A stretch of 63,405 nucleotides of DNA, filler included, from 9 parts of 9 records of this genome joined end to end with filler, not necessarily neighbours in it; one strand, 5' to 3'. Shown: positions 20,301 to 31,696, counted from the whole stretch's first letter. Translations and numbers: made by a program. Notes: generated by a model from the sequence alone, not told the origin.

Positions 20301-23061
20301 CGGTGGATTGTACTCAAAAAGTCAACAAAATCTTCCACCTGCACGGAAGATGTCAGAACACCACACCCCCGACCCCACACACAAACCGATGTCGGTGTGG
20401 CCGAGAGACTCTGAATGGCGACTTGGAGTTCCGAAAGAACAACTCCCGTCTTCTCTCGTGCGATAACAGGTAATAACTCTTGAATTTCCTTGAGACATCG
20501 TCGTGGTGAGGGTGTAATGAGTTCCTTGAATTTCTTGCTATCCACACGCAAGATTCCAATGTTCGTTGTGGTGGTGAGACTAATGAAGTCACATGAGTAA
20601 GAAGGGCACAGCGAAAGGGGAGGGGGGGGACGTACCCATCAAACTCCTCAACCTGACTCTTGTACTTCTTCATGTCCTTTCTGAAGTCATCGGCCAAGTA
20701 CCCACCATCTTTGAAGGCTTGAATGTCTTGGAAGGTGAGTAAAGGGTCAAAACTGAGAATACGACTACTACAGCGGATACTTGTGGATCGATTCTCCAAG
20801 TGCATCCCCAGGAAGGGCTCAAACCACTTGACATGCTCCAATGCGGCATTGAGAGCACTGTCAATGGCATCCAAGATCTCGCCCACGACGTCCTGATATT
20901 TGTCATCTTCCAGGATTATTACGCTCAGATCGTTTCCTCGGTTTGCCGTGAGTTCAACAATGTCGGCCGTGATGTGCCGGAAACCCTCCTGTAGGCAGCA
21001 GTTCATTCCTCCATTCGTGTACACACGCACACACACACACACATACGCCATCGCACCTCAACCAGAAGCTTGTCGACGGAGGATACCGCCTTCACAAAGT
21101 AGCAGATGATGGCCTTGATACGTCCCTGGAAATCGTCTCGAGACGGTTTGAACACGAACACATCGTCGTTCACCAGGAGCTCAATGACACAGAGCGGAGC
21201 ATTCGATGCCTCGTGTACACGTTTCTTCGGTGGTGCAGACTGCGACGACGCATCGACGCGCTCAGCCCCCGGAAGAGCTGTCTTTCCTCCACCGCGAAAG
21301 ACACGAAGGAGATCGTTAAGGGATTCCATGCACAGCAGTCGAAGTGCGTCCAGCATGACAAAGTCACAGAGTCGAATGTCTACAGGATCGCTTAGATTGT
21401 TTTCCACCCGCCACCTGCCACCCGCCACCCACAACACGTACAATTAACAAGTTTTCGGCACTCGAGACGTTTAGCAGCCATCTCCGTGTAGGATAGATCT
21501 TTTTGGGTCGAAGCCACTCCAAGAGGTTTCAGGCGCTCCGTGTTTCGAGAATGGAGGGTGGCAGAGATAGAAGATGCTCCTGTGCCGCCGGCATTCACCA
21601 TGGCAATGTATCGCTCGGCTTCCATTCCGGCACTGGCAAGGACGGCATCGCACGCTTCGTGGACGGTTGAACGAATCGCTTCCCAGAATTTCTGAAAGTG
21701 TGTGGCCACAACAGCTTTTTGGGCCCTCTGGAGTCCGAAGAACTCCTCAAGTGTAACTGTACGAATCGTCAAGGATTTGTGAGGGGATGGAGAACTCCCC
21801 CAAAGGAGGATGGATATGTCTGGTTCCTTGCCAGTTTGTAGAGTTGTAACGTACTAATCTCATAGCATCGATCGCGAATGGCAAGAAGCGACTTGCGAAG
21901 GGGTGTGCTGAGGATGAAGAGGTTGTCTTCGAGCACGATCTTGGCCGCGTCCATCTTGCTTTGCCGTACATTCTTCCTCCATACCGTATACGCCTTTTGA
22001 CAAAGTGTGTGTGTCCCCGTCAGTCAGTCCTTCCATGAAGGCACACCAGAACCGGAACAAGGTACCTTCCATATACGATATTTCTGAAACGTTCCGATTT
22101 GTAGTAGTCGATTGAACACAGAGTGTTCACGTTCCCATTGTTCGAGTGGTGTGAATTCTAATACGAAGGGTGTTTGAGAAACGTAGGTGCATGCATGATC
22201 ACACTTCCAACCTGCCAAATTGTTGACGAAATGGGTCACTCCTGCAAGACTTAGTGTGTAGTAGTCTGTCACATTGATCGCCGAATGGGGTACAACTTCC
22301 AGATTGTATGGGTTGAAGATCTCGGACTCAACCGGTTTCATGTACACGAACTCCCCTTCCTTGCCGCTCTCACGAGCTTGCCTGGATCGATCGTTAAGGA
22401 TTTTACCTCCCAGCCCCAGTTCATGCCATCGAACACCCCCAACAACCACATGGATACGGATGAACACAGAGGGATCGCGTGAGGCCTCCATCCCACCCGA
22501 CGTTCGGGTAAGAGAGGGAAGGTTGTTTCTTTTTCGCGGAGGCACACGAAGCAGATCCTCTTCGTGTGTGGAGGAGAGGGTTCGAGGGTCGGGTGGGGCT
22601 GGGGCAGGTTCCTGTGGCGACAATGGTTAAGGGGTTTCGCCTACAACACAGGACGGCGCCACAGGGAGAATTGCGGATACAAGGGGCGTCAAGTGATGTC
22701 CTTTGGGAAAGGGAACGCGGCCCTGTCCCGTCGAGTCGACGCAGGTTAGAGTGGGATGGGTCGTTCCGCGCCCAACCAAACCCATCCAACGCACCCGCAG
22801 GTCGGCGTCCCCAGTTTCACCTCCTCGCATACGCGCCGCTCTCGCTCCGCGTACGAGGAGGGCGGGTCCTGTGGGATGGGGCAGGTCGTAGAGGCGGGAG
22901 ACCGGTGCCGATGGCGAAGAGCCTTCACCGACATCGCCCGTTGTGTCGGTTGCCTCTGCATGACTGCCTCCCGGTGTGTTTGGTTTGTTGGCGTCTTCGA
23001 GGTCTCTGCCACCGTTGGTAGGGGAGGGACTTACGCGCCGACGGTCCTCCTTACGCTCCAT
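17324..23061 (-). CDS. Axonemal dynein heavy chain, DNAH6-like (multi-exon, truncated in AAA1 at the contig edge; 5' end approximate)
   Basis: Exons encode [86 protein letters not shown] and YNCSEG; GT-AG introns at 17430-17484, 17604-17654 and 17780-17849 restore the conserved frame. Confidence 0.93.
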
Positions 23062-23132
23062 GGTGTGTCAGCCACTCATGCAAGCAACACACCGCAGGGA
23101 GAGAGTTGTGCGAAGTCATCACCGCCACACAC

Positions 23133-23203
23133 CATCATTCATCATTCATCACATCATTCATCATCATCATCATTAGGATCATTAGGATCATTAGGATCGT
23201 CAT
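23133..23203. repeat. Low-complexity (CAT)n and (CATTAGGAT)3 repeat between divergent eukaryotic genes
   Basis: Directly visible tandem repeats. Confidence 0.75.
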
Positions 23204-23229
23204 TCCTTTCCTTTCTTCCCACTCCTCCG

Positions 23230-25955
23230 CTGATGCTGGGAACACCCATGTTGAGTCATGTAGAGGAGAAGAGAGCTCGTCGCAACGGAGGACGACGCTC
23301 GCCAGCTCGAAATAGTCGAGGAGGACCCCCCGACCTCCCCAGCTTAACGACTATGTAATTCAATCCGTGGAACCTGTCGTAGCACCCACACTGGTGTGCT
23401 CCTGATCCCTTCAGCCGAAGCGTGCATTGTCCCCGACTCATGCCGATTTCTACACAGCACAACCCCGAGGCCACCCCGCCCCATGTGCAAGAAGCCTTTC
23501 GTATCTTCAGTGGTGCACGGAAACGAGTGGTCCCAGAGAAGCCGCGGTTTCTTCCATGTGAGCCACAAACTCTCACCCCCAGAAGTTCGAAATGGACATC
23601 CCGAGCACTACTCGTGTGTGGAGCGGTGTGATTTCCCACCTGGTGTTGACAAACAAGTCGTTGTGCAGGCGATGGACCACCCAAACGAGAAGACGGAACA
23701 GACGCTGATAACGTTCGTGAGGAGCTTCTTGTCCACTCACATGCTCGTCTTCCAGGAGATGAGGTCTGAAACTGGCCTTCTCGGGGTGGGTCTCTCACTT
23801 CCCTCCTTTCAGGCACGCGTTTCTCTGTTTCGATGCTATGAACCGGAATTCGAATGGTTCAGTGCTGAATCGCACGTTTGTGAACGACGTCCACTTCCTG
23901 AACGCCTGGAAGATGGGTGCGTGTCGTGTTGTTTGTCCTCTCGTTGCTCACGAGATGCATAGGGCCGTGCGATTCACCGTGGAATGTCTTTCATTCGAAT
24001 TGGGCTTGCAAGATCTCGAGCCATTGTTTTGTTCTCTGGCGTTGTACGACCTTGCCACCCACGCAAAGGTGTCGGAGGATTTTCACGTTGACCTGAACAC
24101 CGAGCGTGCCCGGAGTGGATTCAACGTGGCTCTTCTGTTGGTTTGTCCTTGTCGTTGTCACCTTTTTCCCTTCTCTCAGTTCTGCGTAGGGTGGGATGGG
24201 AGAGGACTTGGGGCGCACAGCCCTCTTCTCTGTCTCGGATCATCCTCTCGATGACATCTTTCTCGTACTACACGTGGAAAAGATTCTCGGGACTACAGAT
24301 CCAAAGACCTATCTCTCCCCCTACAAACACCCCGAATCGGTGAGGGGAATGAGTATACTCGTGCTGTGTGACAGACTCATTGGAGATGGCTTGCATAGAA
24401 AACGGCATCGGATCGATCGAAGCTGCATGACAAGCTGTCCGAAAGCGCCGTACGTTTGGGTGAGTTCAGGCAAGCGTTCCTTTGGTCGGCCCTTCGACTC
24501 CTCGATAAGAATCGACAGTCCTTATTGGAGGGAGAGGTGAAGTTCTCGACCTTGAACCGCGTGAAGGAAAGTCTTTCCTTGTCGCGTCAAGTGGACCTCA
24601 TCCAAGAAAGTCTTGTGCGTGTACCTCTTTGTAGAGTTGATGATCCTGACGGGTGTCTCCGTGAAGGATCCGAAAAAGCATCCCAAGACAATCCCGGGAT
24701 GCTTCACGATTCGAATTACACATCTTACAGATTCCAAACTGCGACCATCAACCTTACTTGATGCCAGCATGCAGCGTCTTGTCGTCCCGCCCGATCAGTC
24801 CATGACTCACGACCCAGGAGTGCGTTTGTGGCGTGTCCTTTGAGCTTCGATCAGAGGATCACGCCCGGGTAGATGACACGCGAGGTAATGGAAACACCCG
24901 TACGAACACCCGTGCAGCCCGTCTTTGGTTATCGAAACATTATGTACCTCTATCCAGAGGGCGTAACGGGACTTGAGAAGTATCGCAACATATCGGTTAT
25001 GGTTGGGTTGCACGAAAGCGACGCGGAAATACGGCAGGGTCTTGAGGTGCGTATCGACGATGGCAGACTCGTGTGGGGTAATGGGGGAAATGGTCATCAG
25101 GCCATATTTCGCAAGACTCGTGGTCCCGACTTGTCCACTTCTGCATTCAGCCAGGTCACCTACCATCGACGTGATCCTGTTTTTGGAGACGAATTTAAGA
25201 TCTGGATCCCCGATTGTGCCTCGCAGAACCATCACTTCCTCTTCACGTTTTGGAATATTAGTTGTGCCAATCCCAAGAAGGCCGCCAAGGTGAGAGGTGG
25301 CGACGAGATCAGAGACGTTGAGAATTCATACATCACAAACACAGACAGCCATTGGGTACTCTGTCCTCCCGCTGTTTGAATCTCAAAACAGGTACGAAAA
25401 GAGGATCTTTCCCCGCAAGAGACAGTCTCATCGTCTTCTGTAGGCTTCTATCCGGTCCGTTTGTACTCCCCGTCTTTGTGAATCTTCCCAAGAATTATCG
25501 GTCATTCGTTAAGGTAGTGTGATATGCGCACGCACACCTGCTTCTGTTGACCCCCCCACCACCACCCTTTTTTCTTTCTTTCTTTTTCTTGATTAGCCAA
25601 ACGCGACCCATTCGGCACTTTTTCGGTTGAGTGTCGTGGTGGCATCTTCCGTATACCCGACGAATTTCTATCTGGCAAGCTTCTTCACGTTCTATCCCAC
25701 CACTGGCCATTTATCGGATGCTGCAATGATACGGGTATGATATGGCCTCCTTTGTGTGTTGTACACTTAGGAACTTGGTTGTACAGGGTATTGGAGACTT
25801 GTTACAGACAGACAGTATTGTTGCTGCTCCATTTCTCTATCATATTCTGAATCAACTCTTCCGATCTATTTGTGTGGGTTCAGAAACAGTTCGTATTGAA
25901 GCCCAGCGAGCCATGACAAGTGTCCTCTCAAGGTGTGTGTGTGTGTGTGTGTGTG
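23230..25955 (+). CDS. DOCK-family Rho GEF (DOCK6/7/8- or zizimin-like), multi-exon, 3' truncated; 5' end uncertain
   Basis: EPLFCSLALYD...KVSEDFHVDLN, DIFLVLHVEKIL, RLGEFRQAFLWSA, YRNIMYLYP, and C2/DHR-1 segment VTYHRRDPVFGDEFKI...HHFLFTFWNISC; well supported from about 23960. Confidence 0.85.
25933..25955. repeat. (GT)n microsatellite at the contig end
   Basis: Directly visible. Confidence 0.9.
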
Positions 25956-26055
25956 NNNNNNNNNNNNNNNNNNNNNNNNNNNNNNNNNNNNNNNNNNNNT
26001 TAATTAATTAANNNNNNNNNNNNNNNNNNNNNNNNNNNNNNNNNNNNNNNNNNNN
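25956..26055. other. Artificial contig spacer
   Basis: Same linker. Confidence 0.98.
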
Positions 26056-26996
26056 AAATTTAACATCCGAAATAAAATTAAGGCACTACTCACCCAAAAC
26101 ATTAAAGGCCTATACGGGGTGGGTTCGAAAGTTTCAAAACTTCACCAAAAGCAAAAAAACAACACAATTATCCGGTTCTGACGTCAAGGCCTTCTTGACT
26201 TTTCTGGCTGTTGAAAAGCAGGTGTCTGCTTCATCGCAGAATCAGGCCTTTAATGCTCTTTTTGTTCTTTTTCAGACATGTTCTGAAAAACGAATTCGGG
26301 GACTTGAAGGACATTCCAAGAGCAAAAAGAAAACCCTACATCCCGGTAGTCCTCTCCCGTGATGAGGTTGATGCGATTATTGAGGAACTTTTCTCCCCTT
26401 ATGATTTGATCGCCAAGCTTTTGTACGGTTGCGGACTTCGATTGTCTGAATGCATGAAGCTTCGCGTACAGAACTTCAACTTTGATAACAGCGTATTAAC
26501 TGTTCATGACGGGAAAGGCAAAAAAGACAGAACTGTTCCTCTGCCGGAAAAAATCATGGGAGATTTAAAAACCCAACTTGATTCTGTTATCTCACTTCAC
26601 CAAGAGGATATCGAAGCGGGATATGCAGGAACGTTTCTGTTTGATTCATTAGAGAAAAAATATAAAAATGCCGCAAAGGAGCTCGTCTGGCAATGGTTCT
26701 TTCCTGCAAAAATTTTATCTTTGGTTCCGGACAAAGGGGAATACCGACGTTATCATCTTCACGAAACTCACGTACAGAAAGTGATTAAACAGGCGGTCCA
26801 CAAGGCAAAAATCCCGAAGCGTGCGTCCCCCCATACCTTTCGACACAGTTTTGCCAGTCACTTGCTGCAAGCCAATTACGATATCCGAACCATCCAGGAA
26901 CTCTTGGGGCACAGCGATGTTAAAACAACCATGATTTACACCCACACAGTCCAAAGCCGAACTATCAAGCAAGCAAAAAGTCCTCTTGATTTTTGA
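26056..26996 (+). CDS. intI: Integron integrase (5' truncated by the contig edge; 1-bp frameshift at 26259-26263)
   Basis: Upstream frame reads IKLRHYSPKTLKAY..W...VSASSQNQAFNAL; downstream frame has YGCGLR, GKGKKDR, IntI patch (LEKKYKNAAKELVWQWFFPA...RRYHLHE), HTFRHSFASHLL, LGHSDVKTTMIYTH. Confidence 0.92.
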
Positions 26997-27005
26997 CCTG
27001 CCCGG

Positions 27006-27040
27006 AAAAAAAGGCCGACCCTTCCCAGGGCCGGCCTTTT
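27006..27040. terminator. Bidirectional intrinsic terminator between intI and thiC
   Basis: A-tract, GGCCGACCCT-loop-AGGGCCGGCC stem, T-tract. Confidence 0.75.
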
Positions 27041-27068
27041 CATATCAAATATCTGAAATCCTACCGAA

Positions 27069-28373
27069 TTACAGATGACTCCACTTACGCTTTTCGCGCT
27101 CATCCATGACCTTGTAGGCACAGTACTCGCCGCACATGGTGCAAGCGCCATGATCTTCATTCACGCCTGAGGAATCCCGCAGGCGGCGGGCTTTTTCGGG
27201 ATCGATAGCCATCTTGTACTGCCCTTCCCAATCGAGAGCCTTGCGATAACGGCTCATGGCGAGATCTTTCTCAATAGCACCGGGAACACCCTTGACAATG
27301 TCCGCCGCATGAGCGGCGACCCGGCTGGCCATGACACCTTCGTGCACATCTTCGACGCCAGGCAGGCAGAGGTGTTCAGTGGGGGTTACGTAGCAAAGGA
27401 AATCCGCGCCGGCAGCAGCGGCGATAGCTCCGCCGATGGCACAGGTGATATGATCATAGCCGGGTGCGATATCGGTCACCAGAGGGCCGAGGACATAAAA
27501 CGGCGCGCCATGACAGAGTCTCTTCTGGAGTTGGATATTAGCCTCGATCTGGTTCAGCGGCACATGGCCGGGGCCTTCGATCATAACCTGAATTCCGGCA
27601 TCCCAGGCACGCTGAGTCAACTCACCGAGAATGATCAGTTCATGGATCTGAGCCCGGTCCGTGGCATCGGCAATCGCGCCGGGACGGAAACCGTCCCCAA
27701 GGGACAGAGTCGCATCATAAGGGCGAACGATTTCGAGAAGACGATCATAAAATTCATAGAGCGGGTTTTCAGCGTCGTTGTGGGCCATCCAACCACAGGT
27801 GAAGGAACCGCCACGGGAAACCACTTCCATGATGCGCCCTTCACGGTCCATTCTTTCAACGGTTCCGCGGGTCACTCCGCAATGTACGGTGATGAAATCG
27901 ACCCCGTCATCCAGATGCTTGATAATGCCGTCGAAGATTTCATCCACGGTCATGTCGACAAGCGCCTTCTTCTTCTGGGTGACCGTATCCACTGCCGCCT
28001 GATACAGGGGAACAGTACCGATACAGGCATCGGTTTCGTTGATAATCGCCCGGCGAATCTCATCCACCGGTCCGCCAGTGGAAAGGTCCATGATGGCATC
28101 TGCGCCCGCCGCTACAGCAACCCGGGCCTTTTCCAGTTCCTTGTCGATACTGGTGTCGTCCTTACTGGTACCGATGTTGGCGTTGATTTTAGTACGCAGT
28201 CCCTTGCCCACGGCCAGAGGTTTCCCTCCGGTGTGCTTGACGTTATGACAAATGATCGCAGTCCCTTCGGCAATACGCTGACGTAAAATCTCGGGATCTA
28301 TGTTTTCTTCCGCCGCCGCCTGCTTCACCTCTTCGGTAATGGTTCCCTGGCGGGCTAATTCCAACTGGGTCAT
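27069..28373 (-). CDS. thiC: Phosphomethylpyrimidine synthase ThiC
   Basis: TKINANIGTS, DAIMDLSTGG, VSRGGS, LGDGFRPG, EGPGH, CYVTPTEHL, CTMCGEYC; ATG at 28373 with AAGGAG SD; thi context. Confidence 0.95.
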   Translation of the reverse strand: MTQLELARQGTITEEVKQAAAEENIDPEILRQRIAEGTAIICHNVKHTGGKPLAVGKGLRTKINANIGTSKDDTSIDKELEKARVAVAAGADAIMDLSTGGPVDEIRRAIINETDACIGTVPLYQAAVDTVTQKKKALVDMTVDEIFDGIIKHLDDGVDFITVHCGVTRGTVERMDREGRIMEVVSRGGSFTCGWMAHNDAENPLYEFYDRLLEIVRPYDATLSLGDGFRPGAIADATDRAQIHELIILGELTQRAWDAGIQVMIEGPGHVPLNQIEANIQLQKRLCHGAPFYVLGPLVTDIAPGYDHITCAIGGAIAAAAGADFLCYVTPTEHLCLPGVEDVHEGVMASRVAAHAADIVKGVPGAIEKDLAMSRYRKALDWEGQYKMAIDPEKARRLRDSSGVNEDHGACTMCGEYCAYKVMDEREKRKWSHL

Positions 28374-28458
28374 AAAACACTCCTTTTGTGTCTGCTGCAG
28401 GATCTTCGCACCTGCCTCTTTACGCAACAATCTGCTACGTTATATATCGGTCCGATTA

Positions 28459-28497
28459 AAAAAAGGCCCTGAAACGGAGATTCCATTTCAAGGCGCA
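28459..28497 (-). terminator. Intrinsic terminator-like hairpin between thiDE and thiC
   Basis: Minus strand GCCTTGAAATGGA-loop-TCCGTTTCAGGGC followed by T7. Confidence 0.65.
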
Positions 28498-28557
28498 CAA
28501 ACATTCCTTTTGATTTTCGATAGAAAACCAATTAGTATTGGCTGTACACACACCCAA

Positions 28558-28600
28558 TGCCGGGGTCCTGGTCTCCAGCCAGCCCCGGCGCCCTTTTTTC
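28558..28600 (+). terminator. Plus-strand (antisense) terminator-like hairpin
   Basis: GCCGGGG-CTGG..CCAG-CCCCGGC followed by T7. Confidence 0.55.
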
Positions 28601-28627
28601 TCTATGCTATTTTTCCTTTTTTGCCTG

Positions 28628-30049
28628 TCAAATCTCCATTTTTAATGCGTGAAAAGCGGCCCGGAAGTGATTGACGGGACCATGCCCCGAACCGAGACCG
28701 GGCGCATGCCGAATCGCTTCGGTGATATATATCTTGCTTTTCTCAACCGCCCGAACCAGAGGAAATCCCTGGGCAAGGAAGGTTGCGATAGCCGCTGAAT
28801 ATGTACACCCCGTCCCATGGGTATGGCGCGTATCAAAGCGTTTTTCCATAAAACGGTGGAGCTTCCCGTTGGCCAGTAGCAGATCAACCGAATCTCCTTC
28901 CAGATGCCCCCCTTTGATGAGAATGTTGCGGGGCCCCATGGAGTGAAGCTTAAAGGCGGCCTTTTCCATGTCCGCTTCGTTGCGGAGAGTCATCCCCGTC
29001 AGGACCTCGGCTTCAGGAAGGTTCGGCGTTATCAGATAAGCCAGAGGAAGAAGTTCATCACGCAGAGCGGAAACGGCGGCATCCTGAAGCAGCGAAGCGC
29101 CACCTTTTGCAATCATGACCGGATCGACCACCGCCGGCAGGTTATATTTCTGGATATTTTCGGCGACCAGGCGGATGATCTCGGGCGAGAAAAGCATGCC
29201 GACCTTCAATACGTCGGCACCGATGTCGGAAAGAACGGCCTCTATCTGATCCCGGATAAAATCAATGGGAGCCGGGTGAATGTTGTGCACCCCAAGTGTA
29301 TTCTGGGCGGTAAGGGCCGTAATCGCGCTCATCCCAAAGCTTCCCAGAAGAGTCGCGACCTTCAGATCGGCCTGAATTCCGGCACCGCCACCGGAATCGG
29401 AACCGGCAATGGTCAGGACCCTGCCACGCGGAAAAGGTGTCCGGCTGTTAAAAGTCAGAACAATTTCCCGGGCCGCCAGAGTCGGGTTGGGATCCTGCAT
29501 GACCGCTGAAACCACGGCCAGGACATCCGCTCCCGCCGCGAGGACCCGGGGGGCGTTTTCGCTGGTGATGCCGCCGATGGCGACAATGGGGATTTTTACA
29601 GCTTCGCGGATTTCAGCAAGCCCCTCTGGACCGATCACAACGGCGTCACTTTTCGTCCCGGTAGGGAACATGGCCCCAACGCCGACATAGTCAGCTCCAT
29701 CCTTTTCCGCCTTGACAGCGAGCTCAACGGTCCGCGCGGAAACCCCGATAATTTTTTCCGACCCCAACAGCCCTCGGGCTTCAACAAGCCCCATATCCTT
29801 CTGGCCGAGGTGAACACCATCGGCGTCGCAGGCTTGAGCGATTTCAGGGGAATCGTTGACGATAAAAAGAGCTCCGGCCTTGCGGCACAGGGCAGACAAA
29901 ACTTTGGCCTCGGCAATCCGTTCCTCCGCCGGCTTGGTCTTGTCACGGTATTGAACCATCCGCGCGCCACCATTCAGGGCAGCCTTGACTTTCGCCGTCA
30001 ACCCGCTGTCTGTGGATCCATCTGTAATGACATAGAGTCCTGCTATCAT
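28628..30049 (-). CDS. thiDE: Fused thiamine-phosphate synthase / HMP(-P) kinase (ThiE-ThiD)
   Basis: VQYRDK, FIVND, GVHLGQKD and VAIGGI, then LTIAGSDSGGGAGIQAD, TAQNT, DPVM and THGTGCT; likely ATG at 30049. Confidence 0.95.
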   Translation of the reverse strand: MIAGLYVITDGSTDSGLTAKVKAALNGGARMVQYRDKTKPAEERIAEAKVLSALCRKAGALFIVNDSPEIAQACDADGVHLGQKDMGLVEARGLLGSEKIIGVSARTVELAVKAEKDGADYVGVGAMFPTGTKSDAVVIGPEGLAEIREAVKIPIVAIGGITSENAPRVLAAGADVLAVVSAVMQDPNPTLAAREIVLTFNSRTPFPRGRVLTIAGSDSGGGAGIQADLKVATLLGSFGMSAITALTAQNTLGVHNIHPAPIDFIRDQIEAVLSDIGADVLKVGMLFSPEIIRLVAENIQKYNLPAVVDPVMIAKGGASLLQDAAVSALRDELLPLAYLITPNLPEAEVLTGMTLRNEADMEKAAFKLHSMGPRNILIKGGHLEGDSVDLLLANGKLHRFMEKRFDTRHTHGTGCTYSAAIATFLAQGFPLVRAVEKSKIYITEAIRHAPGLGSGHGPVNHFRAAFHALKMEI

Positions 30050-30068
30050 GATGAGTTTCCCCAATTCT

Positions 30069-30106
30069 AAAAATAAAAATGCCGTGAACCAATAGGTACA
30101 CGGCAT
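30069..30106 (-). terminator. Riboswitch expression-platform terminator
   Basis: ATGCCGTG...CACGGCAT followed by TTTTATTTTT, between the TPP aptamer and thiDE. Confidence 0.75.
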
Positions 30107-30127
30107 ACAATGATAGTTTCCTGATGC

Positions 30128-30224
30128 GCCGTTTCCCTACGCCGGTATTATCCGGATCAGGTTCCAAGGGTCGTCTGCTTCGGGCAGAACTCTCAGTGTC
30201 CCAGATAGACACTCCCCGCTCGGG
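30128..30224 (-). ncRNA. TPP riboswitch
   Basis: Minus strand GGGGAG...CTGAGA...GACCCTTGGAACCTGATCCGGATAATACCGGCGTAGGGAA matches the THI-box consensus, upstream of thiDE. Confidence 0.96.
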
Positions 30225-30394
30225 CTTTTAAGTTAAACTACAGGAGACAGCATTTTTTGTCAACAGGTTTCAATTGAGGCAAACTGTAAAACATTTAATT
30301 ATCTATGGCATTTTTTAGGATTTTATTAATAATAGACAATTATTATGGAAGGAAATTCCGTTAACCAATTCCCAAGTTTTTTCCAACCGGAAAG

Positions 30395-31534
30395 ATGGCA
30401 GCGTTTATGAATGCAACCCGACCGACCTATGCGGAAATCGACCTTGCGGCGTTCCACCATAATTTTAAACTGGCCAAAAAGACGGCAGGCGGCCAAAAGA
30501 AGGTTATGGCCGTGGTCAAGGCCGATGCCTACGGGCACGGCGCCGTACCTCTGGCCCTGGCCCTGGAGAAATTCGGAGCCGAGATACTCGCCGTAGCGAT
30601 GGCCGAGGAAGGCCATGAACTTCGCCAGGCCGGCGTCACCCTGCCCATCCTGTTATTCGGGGGGTTCTTTCCCGGCCAGGAAGAACCCATCATCCAACAA
30701 CAGTTGACCCCCATCCTTTTTGATCTTGATGCGGCCCAACGCCTTAATCGGGCGGCTCAAAAGGCAGGAAAACAACATCCCTTTCATCTCAAGGTTGACA
30801 CCGGGATGTCGCGGGTCGGCTTTTCGTTGCAGGACCTCGACGAGGTGTTAAACACTTTAAAGAAGTTCCCTTTTCTCCAAATGGAAGGCGTAATCTCCCA
30901 CATGGCCCGCGCCGACGAATTTGAAGAACCTTTCAACCGGGTTCAGATCGAACGTTTCGGTCAGGTCTGCCGCAAGGTTCGGGCCGCCGGATTTGAACCG
31001 CAGATGCGCCACATCAGCAACAGCGCCACCCTCTACGCATTGGATGTTCCGGAATGCAACCTGGTACGGCCCGGCATCACCCTGTACGGCTCCCAACCCT
31101 CGTCGCAATTCTACAAAAAACTCGACCTCAAGCCGGTCATGAGCCTGCGTACCCGTGTCGCTCAGGTCAAGCAGGTGCCGGCAGGGACGGGAGTCTCCTA
31201 CGGTCATGAGTTCGTAACTTCCAGGCCTTCCATTCTGGCAACCCTGCCGATCGGCTATGCCGACGGCCTCAACCGCCGCCTTTCCAACTGTGGCGAAGTC
31301 ATCATACACGGCCGCCGTGCCCTCATTGCCGGGGTCGTCTGTATGGACTGGACCATGATCGACGTCACGGACATTCCCGAAGTCCGTACAGGGGATACCG
31401 TCACCCTTATGGGCATCAGCGGAAACGACTGCATAAGCGCCGAAGAATGGGCGGCAAAGGTCGGCACGATTTCCTACGAAATCTTCTGCCAGATCAGCAA
31501 GCGGGTGCCGAGACAATATATAAACCAACCTTAA
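30395..31534 (+). CDS. alr: Alanine racemase
   Basis: AVVKADAYGHG PLP lysine, HLKVDTGMSR, RPGITLYG, VSYG, GYADG, VCMD, GTISYE. Confidence 0.97.
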   Translation: MAAFMNATRPTYAEIDLAAFHHNFKLAKKTAGGQKKVMAVVKADAYGHGAVPLALALEKFGAEILAVAMAEEGHELRQAGVTLPILLFGGFFPGQEEPIIQQQLTPILFDLDAAQRLNRAAQKAGKQHPFHLKVDTGMSRVGFSLQDLDEVLNTLKKFPFLQMEGVISHMARADEFEEPFNRVQIERFGQVCRKVRAAGFEPQMRHISNSATLYALDVPECNLVRPGITLYGSQPSSQFYKKLDLKPVMSLRTRVAQVKQVPAGTGVSYGHEFVTSRPSILATLPIGYADGLNRRLSNCGEVIIHGRRALIAGVVCMDWTMIDVTDIPEVRTGDTVTLMGISGNDCISAEEWAAKVGTISYEIFCQISKRVPRQYINQP

Positions 31535-31596
31535 AGGCTACTGGTTTTACTTCCCCTTGCACCGCAGCCGAAGCGGAAGGGACGTTTTGAGAAAAG

Positions 31597-31696
31597 NNNN
31601 NNNNNNNNNNNNNNNNNNNNNNNNNNNNNNNNNNNNNNNNTTAATTAATTAANNNNNNNNNNNNNNNNNNNNNNNNNNNNNNNNNNNNNNNNNNNN
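31597..31696. other. Artificial contig spacer
   Basis: Same linker. Confidence 0.98.

Noticed and set aside
17324-25955. Horizontal transfer of eukaryotic dynein/DOCK genes into a bacterium
   Set aside because: The segment is bounded by spacers and contains spliceosomal introns, so it is a separate eukaryotic contig.
17324-25955. Many short ORFs as stop-codon reassignment or pseudogenes
   Set aside because: At the junctions I checked, GT-AG introns fully explain the breaks.
27069-28373. BzaF/BzaAB benzimidazole synthase rather than ThiC
   Set aside because: The thiDE and TPP riboswitch context and the NANIGTS/DAIMDLSTGG motifs fit ThiC.
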